Part shown: in pieces, positions 9,755-19,345 of the stretch
How positions within the stretch are numbered: position 1 is the stretch's first letter
Layout of the letters: every line of letters starts with the position of its first letter
DNA from: an archaeon
GTDB lineage: Archaea > Iainarchaeota > Iainarchaeia > Iainarchaeales > 1-14-0-10-31-34
Direction: 5' to 3'
Length of the DNA: 51,245 bases
Assembly: GCA_043815885.1 (NCBI GenBank)
Contig: JBDRIL010000060.1
Coordinates: 1 to 51,245 of the forward strand
Made by a program: the position numbers and the translations under genes
The notes under the pieces: model-generated
Told to the model about the DNA's origin: nothing
The model's database searches: none
Seen by the model: only the letters and a program-made list of their open reading frames with translations

Positions 9755-10633
9755 TCATTCGGTTTCTTCTTCAATGAATTGCTCGTATTCAGTGGAATTG
9801 AATTTATAGAGGAATCGCTTTATCTTCAAGCCATTAAAGGAATACTTTTGAAGGATTTCAGTTTTTTCTCCAATGAATTCATTGAATGAAGCTTTTGAGC
9901 AGGGATCCAAAAGCATGAATTTGCTGTTGAATGCAGAAATCACAAAGGAATGCGTTGAAGAGTCTTCCATTTCTGCTACCATTACTGAAGCAGTTGCATC
10001 CCCTAATGCATTAAGGATATTGCAGAGAAAAAGGCTTACGTCTTCGTCATCCCCTGCCTTCAGAGAGAGGAGTTCCCTGGAGGAAAGCCAGTAATTCAGT
10101 TCAAGGTCTGAATCAATGCAATTAATTCCATTTGAAACAAATTCGTGTGCTTTTTCTGCTGTCTCCAGATAATCTCTCTTGAATTCATATTCTTCTGGTT
10201 TAAGGTTAGAGATAACTGATTGAGTGGTTAAGTCATTGGCATCAACCAATCCCTTTATTTCTCCAATGGTTTTCTTTTCGGATTCATTTATTAGTTCAGT
10301 GTACTTCTGCAATAAAAATTTGTATAGCTTGAAGCGCAATTCTTTTTCTTTCTGGGTTTCCTCTTTAGGGGAAACACTTCCAACAGCTTTTCTAAGGATA
10401 TCATATTTTTCCCTTAATTCCTGCAGGGATTCTTCTTTTTCCTTAAGCTTTTTTTCCAGTTCGTCTCTTGGGGAGGCCAGTTCAGAGAGCTTCTTTTTCA
10501 GGAGAGAAATCTTGAAATCAATTTCCTTTTTCTTTTCTTCAAGTGATTCTTCATGCTTGTCTTTTTCCAATTCTTCGATTCTCTTCCAGAGCTGCTGTTC
10601 AATTAAACTCTTTCTTCTTTCCTCTGAAGCCAT
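9755..10633 (-). CDS. Coiled-coil protein with a transglutaminase-like C-terminal domain
   Basis: Heptad-rich N-terminus. 'YW.S..E.L....GDDED', 'HSFV' and 'LLDP' follow the transglutaminase-like pattern. Confidence 0.6.
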   Translation of the reverse strand: MASEERRKSLIEQQLWKRIEELEKDKHEESLEEKKKEIDFKISLLKKKLSELASPRDELEKKLKEKEESLQELREKYDILRKAVGSVSPKEETQKEKELRFKLYKFLLQKYTELINESEKKTIGEIKGLVDANDLTTQSVISNLKPEEYEFKRDYLETAEKAHEFVSNGINCIDSDLELNYWLSSRELLSLKAGDDEDVSLFLCNILNALGDATASVMVAEMEDSSTHSFVISAFNSKFMLLDPCSKASFNEFIGEKTEILQKYSFNGLKIKRFLYKFNSTEYEQFIEEETE

Positions 10634-10756
10634 AAAATTGTACCTTTTCTATAAAATAACCCTTCCTGGGACAAGGATATAAATATTGCGAAAAAGGAAA
10701 AAAAAGTCAATATTTTTATTAAGAAGAGTAATTGTATATAAGGAGGGAAAAATAAA

Positions 10757-12193
10757 ATGAATGGACAGGTTTCACTGGAATACTTGATGGTTGTAGGGTT
10801 CTTCTTGGTTGTTATTGGAGTAGTGTTCATTTACTCTTATTCAAGTTCCTCTGATACTTTTACTCTGGATAAAATAGATAATTCACTGAGTGCAATAAAG
10901 AACGGAGTGAATCAGGTTTATGCTTTGGGGCCGGGAAACCAGATTAAAGTAGACATTGATTTGCCTTACAATATATTGGACCACGAACTTACAGGAAGGT
11001 CAATTGCTTTTGTACTGCAAAGAGCAGGAGGAACAACAGACATTGTTGCTTATACTGATGCAGAGGTAGTGGGCGAACTTCCAATTACAGCTGGAAGGCA
11101 CACAGTGGTAATTAAAATGCTTGAATCAGGAGTAGTGAGAATAGGGGAAGGATTAATCATTACTCCAACTACACTTATAAGGACAAAAGTTCCAGGAAGC
11201 AGTGAAGATTCAAATATATTTACTTTAAGTAACCGTTCAACAGAAAATCTAACAAACTTAATTGGAGCAATAAGTGGAAGCATTGCTTCCTATGTGGCAT
11301 TTGATGACAGTTCAACTATAAAACTAATCACTAACGGCCTTACAGTAAACCAGGATTTGAACTTTGACGTGAATTTTGCTGCAATTCCTGCTGGAACAGC
11401 GGCAGGATTCTATGAAGGATTTGTGGATGTAAATTCAAATGAAGGATTTACTGATAGAGCGTTAATTCAGTTAAGGATTCCTGGAGTGATACAGGACATA
11501 AATATTGCAGTATTTAATGACAGCAATTATTTAGTGTATGATGAAGATTTTGCGCAGGGAGAAACCGTTTATTACCTGATTAAGGCAATAGGGCAGACAG
11601 GAGAAGAAATAGAAATAATCGACTTAAACATAACTATAAGTGATCCCCCTCCAGTAACAAATGATTCAAACTACTTCAATCAATCAGTTCCGATTGGAGG
11701 ATACAAAGGAGAGTTCTATATTGATTGCGGGGCAGAGGAAGGGGAATGGACTATTACTGCACAGGCAAATGACTTCAATTATGTGAGGGAAGACAAGAAC
11801 TTCAATGTAGCTGAAGGAGGCCTTGATGCAAACAGTTTCTGGTTTAGCTGTGTTGATCCAGACTGCGACAAGACAGGAACTACGTTTGATGGATGGAGGA
11901 TAGGGAATTCCTGTCTCGATAATATAACAATAACAGAGATAAAGACAAAAGCAACAGCGGGAGCAGATGTAAAGGGAGTTAATAGAATAACAATAAACAA
12001 TATAACCAAATACAATGGAAGTGAAACCACTGACTGGGTTGTGTTGAGTGGGGGTTTTACGGTAGCAGGGTTTACCAATTACTTGACTGGGAATTCATTT
12101 AAGTTTGGTTCAAGTATTGAAGGAACACAGGAATTCGATTTATACTTCAAGTTTGAGGATGCAAGCATTTATCACACTACCTTTACCAAATAA
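10757..12193 (+). CDS. Large pilin-like or adhesin protein with class III signal peptide
   Basis: 'MNG/QVSLEYL' followed by a hydrophobic helix; beta-rich remainder. Confidence 0.8.
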   Translation: MNGQVSLEYLMVVGFFLVVIGVVFIYSYSSSSDTFTLDKIDNSLSAIKNGVNQVYALGPGNQIKVDIDLPYNILDHELTGRSIAFVLQRAGGTTDIVAYTDAEVVGELPITAGRHTVVIKMLESGVVRIGEGLIITPTTLIRTKVPGSSEDSNIFTLSNRSTENLTNLIGAISGSIASYVAFDDSSTIKLITNGLTVNQDLNFDVNFAAIPAGTAAGFYEGFVDVNSNEGFTDRALIQLRIPGVIQDINIAVFNDSNYLVYDEDFAQGETVYYLIKAIGQTGEEIEIIDLNITISDPPPVTNDSNYFNQSVPIGGYKGEFYIDCGAEEGEWTITAQANDFNYVREDKNFNVAEGGLDANSFWFSCVDPDCDKTGTTFDGWRIGNSCLDNITITEIKTKATAGADVKGVNRITINNITKYNGSETTDWVVLSGGFTVAGFTNYLTGNSFKFGSSIEGTQEFDLYFKFEDASIYHTTFTK

Positions 12194-12205
12194 AGGTTGA
12201 TTTAA

Positions 12206-12598
12206 TTGAATAAAGGACAAGCTGCAACAGAAGCAATGTTTTCCATGGCAATCATATTATTGATTTTTCTGCTGTTTTTCAGCATAATAGTGAACCATGA
12301 CGAGAGAGTAAGAGACTATGAAGGCAACTGGGAAGAAGCAGCAAGATGCAAGAAGATTGCAGGAATAATGAGTGCACTGTATGTGGCCGGGAATGGAGCA
12401 AAATGGGATGGAACAATTGACAGAAACTTATTTGTTTACGGAGACAGCTTTATTGATTTAGAGGACTACAATGCAACTGGAGCAAAAGAAGGGGCTTTGT
12501 GTTACTTTGACGGAGTAACAACTGAAGATGTGAATGGGCACTGGGGGGATATTGAGATAATGAATATAGATGGAAACATAGTGGTGAGAAATGCGTAA
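12206..12598 (+). CDS. Minor pilin-like protein
   Basis: 'NKG/QAATE' class III signal followed by a hydrophobic helix; TTG start. Confidence 0.8.
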   Translation: MNKGQAATEAMFSMAIILLIFLLFFSIIVNHDERVRDYEGNWEEAARCKKIAGIMSALYVAGNGAKWDGTIDRNLFVYGDSFIDLEDYNATGAKEGALCYFDGVTTEDVNGHWGDIEIMNIDGNIVVRNA

Positions 12599-13202
12599 TA
12601 AAAAAACTTTTAGGAAACCCTATTTGAATCCAAGGATTCAAAGGGGCCCATTTGAGTTCTACTCAATTGGGAGTTTTATCAAAAAGCATTGCATACCTTC
12701 GGTATGCAATAAAAAAGGACAGATAATAGCTTACGATTTATTCTTTGCAGTAACAGTGTTTATCCTGCTTTCAGGGGCAATGCTTTTGGTTTGGTATTAT
12801 AATGCAGAGTACGCGGAAAAAGAGGAAACACAGAATGACTTGAAGGAGAGAGTGACAAGAATAACCGATGTAATGGTGAATACAAGAGGCAGTCCAGCGA
12901 GATGGGATGAGAACCTTTCACAGGACATAAATACAATTGGTTTGGTGGGAGAGAGAAGGGTGATTGAAAAGGAAAAGCTTCAAGCATTTGAGTCAATGGA
13001 TTACAGTAAGGCAGTAAGTGCAATGAAGATTTCAGGATACAATTTTTACTTTAAGCTGGAACAGGGAAACCAGATAATAGCGGAAAAATATAATACTGTT
13101 TCCAGTGATTACTTAACGGAATCAGATTATGTGGTTGGAACAAGAAGGGTTGTGGAATATGAAAGAAAAAGGGCGATTCTTTCCCTTAATTTGTACAAGT
13201 AA
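12591..13202 (+). CDS. Minor pilin-like protein with a 37-aa insertion in its leader
   Basis: 'NKKG/QIIAYDL' followed by a hydrophobic helix; 'GSPARW' and 'IGL' motifs. Confidence 0.8.
   Translation: MRNKKTFRKPYLNPRIQRGPFEFYSIGSFIKKHCIPSVCNKKGQIIAYDLFFAVTVFILLSGAMLLVWYYNAEYAEKEETQNDLKERVTRITDVMVNTRGSPARWDENLSQDINTIGLVGERRVIEKEKLQAFESMDYSKAVSAMKISGYNFYFKLEQGNQIIAEKYNTVSSDYLTESDYVVGTRRVVEYERKRAILSLNLYK
12597..12707 (+). repeat. 111-nt in-frame multi-hairpin element in the pilin-like gene
   Basis: AAAACTTTTAGGAAA[54-nt double hairpin]AGTTTTATCAAAAAGC-ATTGCATACC-TTC-GGTATGCAAT, bounded by AATAAAAA direct repeats. Confidence 0.85.
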
Positions 13203-13632
13203 GGGATGGGTCTTAAGTATTGATTCAATGGGCGCAGTCATTCTAGTGGTGGCTGTAATACTGTTAATGAGTTATCATCCATTCGAGAAAAGCACTGATG
13301 CACTGAATTCACTTGAAATGCAGAGAAACTTCAATGATGCGCTGGATTTAATGGATAGGGATGGAACGCTTCAACAAATGGATTCAAGTGAAATAGTGGA
13401 AGACCTGAATGCTGTTCTCCCAATACAGTATGACTGGAAGTTAAGGATAAGGGAATACAGGTACTTTCAACAGGAATTCGTTAAAACCGATGATTTGAGT
13501 GCAGGGAATACGTCGAAGGATACCGAAGAAGAGAGTGTGGTTAAGGGAAGCAGGTTGTTTCTTTCCTTTTCTGACGAAAAAATCAATAGATTCCATTACG
13601 CTGAGTACTGGGGATGGTTGAAGAATGAATAA
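13159..13632 (+). CDS. Minor pilin-like protein (start uncertain)
   Basis: 'SKG/WVLSID' followed by a hydrophobic helix. Confidence 0.7.
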   Translation: MKEKGRFFPLICTSKGWVLSIDSMGAVILVVAVILLMSYHPFEKSTDALNSLEMQRNFNDALDLMDRDGTLQQMDSSEIVEDLNAVLPIQYDWKLRIREYRYFQQEFVKTDDLSAGNTSKDTEEESVVKGSRLFLSFSDEKINRFHYAEYWGWLKNE

Positions 13633-14491
13633 CAAGGGAGTCTTTATTACGCTGACAATTTTTCTCCTGGCTGCTGGGGTTCTTGCCTTAAGCCAGAGCA
13701 TCAGGCATAATTTCAATGAATTAGAGGGAAACAATAAATACGTTGTAATGACTGATAGAGTGGGCTATAAATACGAAAATATTCAGGACAATATTTTTGA
13801 TATAATAGAGAACATTAGCGGGATAGACTTCAATATAGGAGAGAAAAGCATTACCTTCACAGAAGAGCTTCCAAATGCAAGAAGCCTTGATGCAATGGAG
13901 ATATCGATTGGTGCTTACAAAAAATTTGTTGAAGAACACAAAGACGGATTGGATATAAACATGAACATAACTGACTTTGATTTAAGTACCTTCACTATAA
14001 TGCCTTACGACATTAATTACTCTCATGCTGATGCTCCTGGAAGAGGCAATAGACACAATAACACAATTTATTATGAGCCTTCCTCTCTTGACTTCAATGC
14101 ATATGTAGTGGAAGTAATACTGCAAAACCAAACATATGATGAAGTAGAGGAAGACATTGATTATGCTGACATGGCAGGAGAGCAAGGAGTCAACTTATTG
14201 CTCATTGTAAGGAACAGTGTAAAGATAGAGGAATTCAGTAAATTCTATGAAGGAATAGATGCAAACGCAGAGAGCGAGATAACGATTAGTACTACTGGAA
14301 ACGCGGAAAAGGATGTACATATAACTATTACTCCTTTTGGAAAAATGACTGTACTGAATAACAATTCTGTTGCAGTGGATATTGTTACGGGAATTGATTT
14401 TGGTGATGACGCAACAGAGGAACCATACCTTGAGTTATTGAAGGGATTAGTGGTAGTGAGGAGCCCCAGGCTTAAGATAGAAAAAAGATAA
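13625..14491 (+). CDS. Pilin-like protein
   Basis: 'MNNKG/VFITL' followed by a hydrophobic helix. Confidence 0.75.
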   Translation: MNNKGVFITLTIFLLAAGVLALSQSIRHNFNELEGNNKYVVMTDRVGYKYENIQDNIFDIIENISGIDFNIGEKSITFTEELPNARSLDAMEISIGAYKKFVEEHKDGLDINMNITDFDLSTFTIMPYDINYSHADAPGRGNRHNNTIYYEPSSLDFNAYVVEVILQNQTYDEVEEDIDYADMAGEQGVNLLLIVRNSVKIEEFSKFYEGIDANAESEITISTTGNAEKDVHITITPFGKMTVLNNNSVAVDIVTGIDFGDDATEEPYLELLKGLVVVRSPRLKIEKR

Positions 14492-14540
14492 TAAATAGAA
14501 TAAGCATTAAAAATAAGGAACCATAATATTATTTAGCTCG

Positions 14541-16232
14541 GTGAAAGAAATGGAAAACAGCGAAAAACAACAGAAAAAGAAGTTGTTTGGGTTAATCAAG
14601 GAATTAAATGAAATGACCGCCAAAAAAGAAGAAAAAAAGAAGGGAATAATGGATTTTATTTCAAGGATTTTTCCATTTCCGGAAAAAAGAAAGAAGCAAA
14701 AGGAAGAGAAAAGGGAAATTGCAATTGAAAAGGAATTTGAAGAAAGGGGATTAAAAGAAATAGAGAATGAAATCCTGAAAAAGGAAAAAGAATTCAAAGA
14801 ACTAGCAAAGAAACACGAAGTAAGGGAAAAAGAATTATTCAAGAAAAAAATGGCGGAACTGGAAAGAATAACCGAAAGCATAAGGCTCTCAAGAATGATG
14901 AATGAAGTAGAGGAAAAAAAGGAAACAGAAAGAAAGATAGAGGAAGTAGTGAGAGAGATAAAGAAAAAAGTTAAGCGAGGAAAGAATAAAGAAAAGGAAA
15001 AATCCTTGAAAGTGAAGAGAAAGAAGAGGATTGTAAAGGTAAGAAAGAAGCGAAAAGCTAGGAGAAGGAAAAAAATTGAAGAAGAAGATGAGGATGAAAC
15101 CCCTGAAAGAAGAGAGATTGGAAAGAGAGTAGTGATTAAAACCCGGGGAGGGGTAACAATAATGAAGGGGCGTCCTTCAAGAGCTGGTGCAGTGGGTGCA
15201 GCTCCTGCTGAAGCTCCAGCAAAGACACAGCAAGAGAGAGACGTTGACTTAGAAATAGAAAAAATGAAGGAAAGAATAAAGAACCTGAGAATGGCTTACT
15301 TCAAGAGAGAAGTGACAGAACAAGAGTACAGGCAGAAGATGTATGATTACAAGGAAGAACTGCATCTGCTTGAAGTGGAAAATAAGAGAATTGGGGAAAG
15401 GAAAAAAGAGGAAGAAAAGAGAAAAGCAGCAGAGCCTGCAAAAGAAGAAGTGAGGGAAAGGGTTCCTGAAAGAGAAGGAGTGGAAACCCCAAGAAGGGAA
15501 ATGAGTGAAGATGATTCAAGGAGATTAAAGGCATTAGATACATTCAGAAAGGAATTCACTGCAGGGCCAAGCTCTGCGCCATCAACAACTGTTTCTCCTG
15601 AACCAAAGGAATTTGATTTAGGGAAGTTTGAGAGAAAAGCCCCTGAAGATGAAAAGGAAGGAACTGAAATTGAAAAAAAGATAAGCCAGATAATTGAAAA
15701 AAAAGGAGTGGTTGGAAAGGTTGGGGAAACAAGATTAAAGAAAATGGAGAAGAAAGCAGAAAAATTAATGAGCAAATATCATATCCCGGAAGAAGAAATG
15801 GAGGAAGCCATAAGCAAGCTAGGAACGAAAAAACTGCTTGCAGACTTTGATAAACTGATTAATTTAATGGAACTAGAACACAAGACACATGAATTGGTTG
15901 AAGTTGTTAAGCCAGAGAAAGAAAAGTCATACATTGGCTCGGCAAGGCCTGCTGTAAAAGAAGAGGTAAAGGGGGTAATAAGAGACATAAGAAAGTACAG
16001 GATAATAACTGCCTTCGATAAAATTCTTTCTTTAGTGAACCAGAAAGGGATTGCAAGGGAAAAAGAACTGGTGAGGGAGCTTGGAATGAAGAAAGAAAGA
16101 GTCATGGAATGCTGTGAGATACTGAAAGAAAATGGATTGTTGAAGATAGAGTATCCCCCGATAGGGGACACTAAAATAATATCAAAAAATTATGTTCCAA
16201 AAAAAGAAAAGAAAAAGGAGAAGAAAAAATGA
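14541..16232 (+). CDS. Highly charged coiled-coil protein with a C-terminal winged-helix-like domain
   Basis: K/E/R-rich; C-terminal 'TAFDKIL...ELG...IL.ENGL.KIEYP'. Its stop overlaps the ATPase start. Confidence 0.7.
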   Translation: MKEMENSEKQQKKKLFGLIKELNEMTAKKEEKKKGIMDFISRIFPFPEKRKKQKEEKREIAIEKEFEERGLKEIENEILKKEKEFKELAKKHEVREKELFKKKMAELERITESIRLSRMMNEVEEKKETERKIEEVVREIKKKVKRGKNKEKEKSLKVKRKKRIVKVRKKRKARRRKKIEEEDEDETPERREIGKRVVIKTRGGVTIMKGRPSRAGAVGAAPAEAPAKTQQERDVDLEIEKMKERIKNLRMAYFKREVTEQEYRQKMYDYKEELHLLEVENKRIGERKKEEEKRKAAEPAKEEVRERVPEREGVETPRREMSEDDSRRLKALDTFRKEFTAGPSSAPSTTVSPEPKEFDLGKFERKAPEDEKEGTEIEKKISQIIEKKGVVGKVGETRLKKMEKKAEKLMSKYHIPEEEMEEAISKLGTKKLLADFDKLINLMELEHKTHELVEVVKPEKEKSYIGSARPAVKEEVKGVIRDIRKYRIITAFDKILSLVNQKGIAREKELVRELGMKKERVMECCEILKENGLLKIEYPPIGDTKIISKNYVPKKEKKKEKKK

Positions 16233-19200
16233 AGGAAAAAACACTTGCATCATACTTCATTGAAATAGACAAAGCAAAACTAGAAGTCAACATAATGCAG
16301 AAGGAAAAGGCATTTGTGAGATTTTATTTCCTGAATCTGCCTGAACTGGGAACAGGAACAAAAGCATTACTGAAGAACCTGAAAACGAGTTTGATTACAG
16401 ATGCAACAATCAAGGCAGAAAAAATGATGGACCCAAAATTCATCAAGGAATTAAAGGAAAAATTCAGGGAAAGAGCTGAAACAATTCTTTCAAAAGAACT
16501 GCCGGACATGGACGAAAAAATAAAGGAAATCCTTATCGTGATTTTGCTCCAGGAAATGCTTGGATTGGGAAAGATAGAGTTTTTGCTGGAAGACCCTAAC
16601 CTGGAAGAAATCGTGGTTAATACCTCAAGCGAACCAGTGTGGATATATCACAGGACATTTGGATGGCTGAAAACCAATATCCTGATTAAACCAGAGGAAG
16701 AAATCCAGAACTATGCAAGCATTATTGCAAGAAGGATTGGAAAACAGATAAGCGTTCTTAACCCATTGCTTGATGCGCATCTAATTACTGGAGACAGAGC
16801 AAATGCAACACTGTTCCCTATTTCCAGTAAAGGCAATACACTGACTATCAGAAGGTTTAGGAGAGATCCATGGACATTGACTGATTTTATTGAAAACAAG
16901 ACAGTTAATGCAGAAATAATGGCATTGCTCTGGATGGCAATAGAGTATGAGCTGAATATAATGTTCAGCGGAGGAACTGGTTCAGGAAAAACAAGTTTCC
17001 TTAATGTATGCATGCCATTCATTCAGCCAAATAATCGTATTTTATCTATTGAGGACACAAGAGAGATCCAGTTGCCTGAATACCTTCACTGGGTGCCTCT
17101 AACTACAAGGGAACCAAATCCAGAGGGAAAAGGGGGGGTTTGTCTTTATCCTGGAACATGGTTTGTTACAGGGGATGGAGAAATAAATGAGATAGCAGAA
17201 TATGTTGAAAGCAGATTAAAACAAAGGCCAACTGAAAAAATAGAATCAAATGTACTGGTAGCAGAAGGAAAACAGGATTGTGTAATAGCTGGAGACCCAA
17301 AAAAGTTCAGTTATCAAGCTGAAAAGATTAAAATTGTGTCAAGGGTCACTGAAAGAAAATATGTTTGTGAAATCGAATGTGAAAATGGTGAAACCATTAG
17401 TTTAACTGAAAATACTAAATTGCCAGTGGTTGGAATGAATGGAAAAATAGAGTTACTTAAGCCACAAGAAATAAAACAAGGGGATTATTACTTGCCAGCC
17501 TTTAGTGAAATTAATTTAAAAGGAAGTATCCAAGAAATAGATGCAATAAAGATTTTTGGAGAAGGAGAGTTTTATGCAGTTGATAAGGCAGATTTGTTTT
17601 CAGATTTAATTAAAGAACAAAGCGAAAATGGGTTGACGCTCAAGGAAATTGCAAATAAGTGTGGAATAAAAAGGCAAGCTTTTAACTGGTACAAAAAAAC
17701 AGGGATAGTAAGACTGCCTGTATTAAAAAAATTGGTTGAAGAAAGCAAAATAATGAATCTAGAACAATTAGAGAAGGAAATTTCGGTGATTAAGGCACGA
17801 GGACAAGGAGCAAAACACGTTAGAATCCCGAAACAAATTGATGAAGACCTCGTGTATCTAGCAGGATTTATTTTAGCTGAAAAAAGTTTAAGTAAAAATG
17901 GAATCCACATAGTGCAAAAGGATGAATTGCCAGAACTTGAACACTTAGTCAAAAAGATTTTTAATGTGGAAATCATACACAAAAAATTCGCCTACAATTA
18001 CTACAGGATTCTATCGCAAATCATTATGAAGATAATGAAGGAAGTGTTTGGCGCTACTAAATCAAAACTAATAAGAGTCCCAAAATGCATTATGCGAAGT
18101 ACCAATGAAGTAATCGCTGCATTTCTGGCAGGATATATTGATGGAGACGGAACTGTTGGAAAGAGAAGAGTTTCTTTAGCTACGGGCAATAAAGAAGCTG
18201 CAATAGAATTCAAATATCTTTTAACACGACTGGGGATATGGAGCAGGATCCAAAAAGCCAAGAGAGCATGGATTATTAATGTGTGTACAAGAGAAGACGT
18301 AGTTAAAGCATGCAAAAAAATAGAGTTTAGATTGGAAAAAAACAGAAAAAAAGCTGAAGAAATAAAAAATATCAAATACAGTCATAATACCAAAAGAAAC
18401 CGTGTCCCTGCCCTGCTTCTGCACAATTATATGAAGAGTTTAATGCAATCATTGAGTGTTGAAGAAAAAAGAAAGCACTTGTATCATGCAAGCTATAATA
18501 AAACCAGTGTGCCAAAGGGATACTTACAAAAGATATTATTGCAGGCAAAGTTGAGTGAAGAGGAAATTCAGAATATTGAGTTGTTTTTAAGAGAGGACTT
18601 GGAGTTTGTGAAAATAACTGATGTTAAAATTACTCCGAATGAAAAAAATATCCCCAGCTATGATGTAACCCCAGAAAATTCAACTTATTTTGTTGCAGGG
18701 ATAAATAATCTGACATTGGTAATGGATACAATGCTTGATTTGCTGGTAAATTCCTTGAGAATGCGTCCAGACAGAATAATTGTTGGAGAGATAAGAAGGG
18801 AGAGAGAGGCAGAGGTAATGTTTGAAGCAATGCATACAGGGCACAGTGTTTACACTACAGTTCACGCAAATACTGCAGAGGAAACAATAAGAAGGCTGGT
18901 AAATCCTCCAATCAATATCCCTGTTTCAATGCTTGATTCAGTGCATTTAAATGTAGTGATGTTCAGGAACAGGCGAATGGGAACAAGAAGAGTGCTTCAG
19001 GTAGCTGAACTCATCCCAGAAAAGAGGGGCGGAGGAGAAGAATTGGTTAAAGTGAATGTATTGTATAGATGGAAGGCATCAGTTGATGAAATAGGAAGGC
19101 ATTCAGAAAGCATCAGGTTGTTTGATGAATTAAGCCTTCACACTGGATTCACTATCCCTGAAATAAACGAGGAATTAAAAAGTAAGCAGGAAGTGGTTGA

Positions 19201-19345
19201 ATGGCTTATGAGGCACAAGATAAAAGGGATTGAAAAAGTGGGAAAGATAATGGCTCAATATTATATGGATAAAGACTCTGTAATGGAATTAGTGAATAAA
19301 AACAAGAAACCGGAATTTGGTGAAGAAATTGGAAAAACATATTAA
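16229..19345 (+). CDS. Type IV pilus/secretion ATPase (CpaF/VirB11/ArlI family) containing an intein
   Basis: Walker A 'GGTGSGKT', Asp box 'IEDTRE', 'LRMRPDRIIVGEIR', His box 'HTGH...TVHA'. Confidence 0.93.
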   Translation: MKEKTLASYFIEIDKAKLEVNIMQKEKAFVRFYFLNLPELGTGTKALLKNLKTSLITDATIKAEKMMDPKFIKELKEKFRERAETILSKELPDMDEKIKEILIVILLQEMLGLGKIEFLLEDPNLEEIVVNTSSEPVWIYHRTFGWLKTNILIKPEEEIQNYASIIARRIGKQISVLNPLLDAHLITGDRANATLFPISSKGNTLTIRRFRRDPWTLTDFIENKTVNAEIMALLWMAIEYELNIMFSGGTGSGKTSFLNVCMPFIQPNNRILSIEDTREIQLPEYLHWVPLTTREPNPEGKGGVCLYPGTWFVTGDGEINEIAEYVESRLKQRPTEKIESNVLVAEGKQDCVIAGDPKKFSYQAEKIKIVSRVTERKYVCEIECENGETISLTENTKLPVVGMNGKIELLKPQEIKQGDYYLPAFSEINLKGSIQEIDAIKIFGEGEFYAVDKADLFSDLIKEQSENGLTLKEIANKCGIKRQAFNWYKKTGIVRLPVLKKLVEESKIMNLEQLEKEISVIKARGQGAKHVRIPKQIDEDLVYLAGFILAEKSLSKNGIHIVQKDELPELEHLVKKIFNVEIIHKKFAYNYYRILSQIIMKIMKEVFGATKSKLIRVPKCIMRSTNEVIAAFLAGYIDGDGTVGKRRVSLATGNKEAAIEFKYLLTRLGIWSRIQKAKRAWIINVCTREDVVKACKKIEFRLEKNRKKAEEIKNIKYSHNTKRNRVPALLLHNYMKSLMQSLSVEEKRKHLYHASYNKTSVPKGYLQKILLQAKLSEEEIQNIELFLREDLEFVKITDVKITPNEKNIPSYDVTPENSTYFVAGINNLTLVMDTMLDLLVNSLRMRPDRIIVGEIRREREAEVMFEAMHTGHSVYTTVHANTAEETIRRLVNPPINIPVSMLDSVHLNVVMFRNRRMGTRRVLQVAELIPEKRGGGEELVKVNVLYRWKASVDEIGRHSESIRLFDELSLHTGFTIPEINEELKSKQEVVEWLMRHKIKGIEKVGKIMAQYYMDKDSVMELVNKNKKPEFGEEIGKTY
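17141..18727 (+). mobile_element. Intein (529 aa) with HTH and LAGLIDADG domains, ending in Asp
   Basis: Splits the conserved 'EGKGGV|TMLDLL'. Starts CLYPGT; 'YLAGFILAE' and 'FLAGYIDGDG' motifs; block F 'SYDVT...YFVAG'; ends VMD before Thr+1. Confidence 0.9.
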
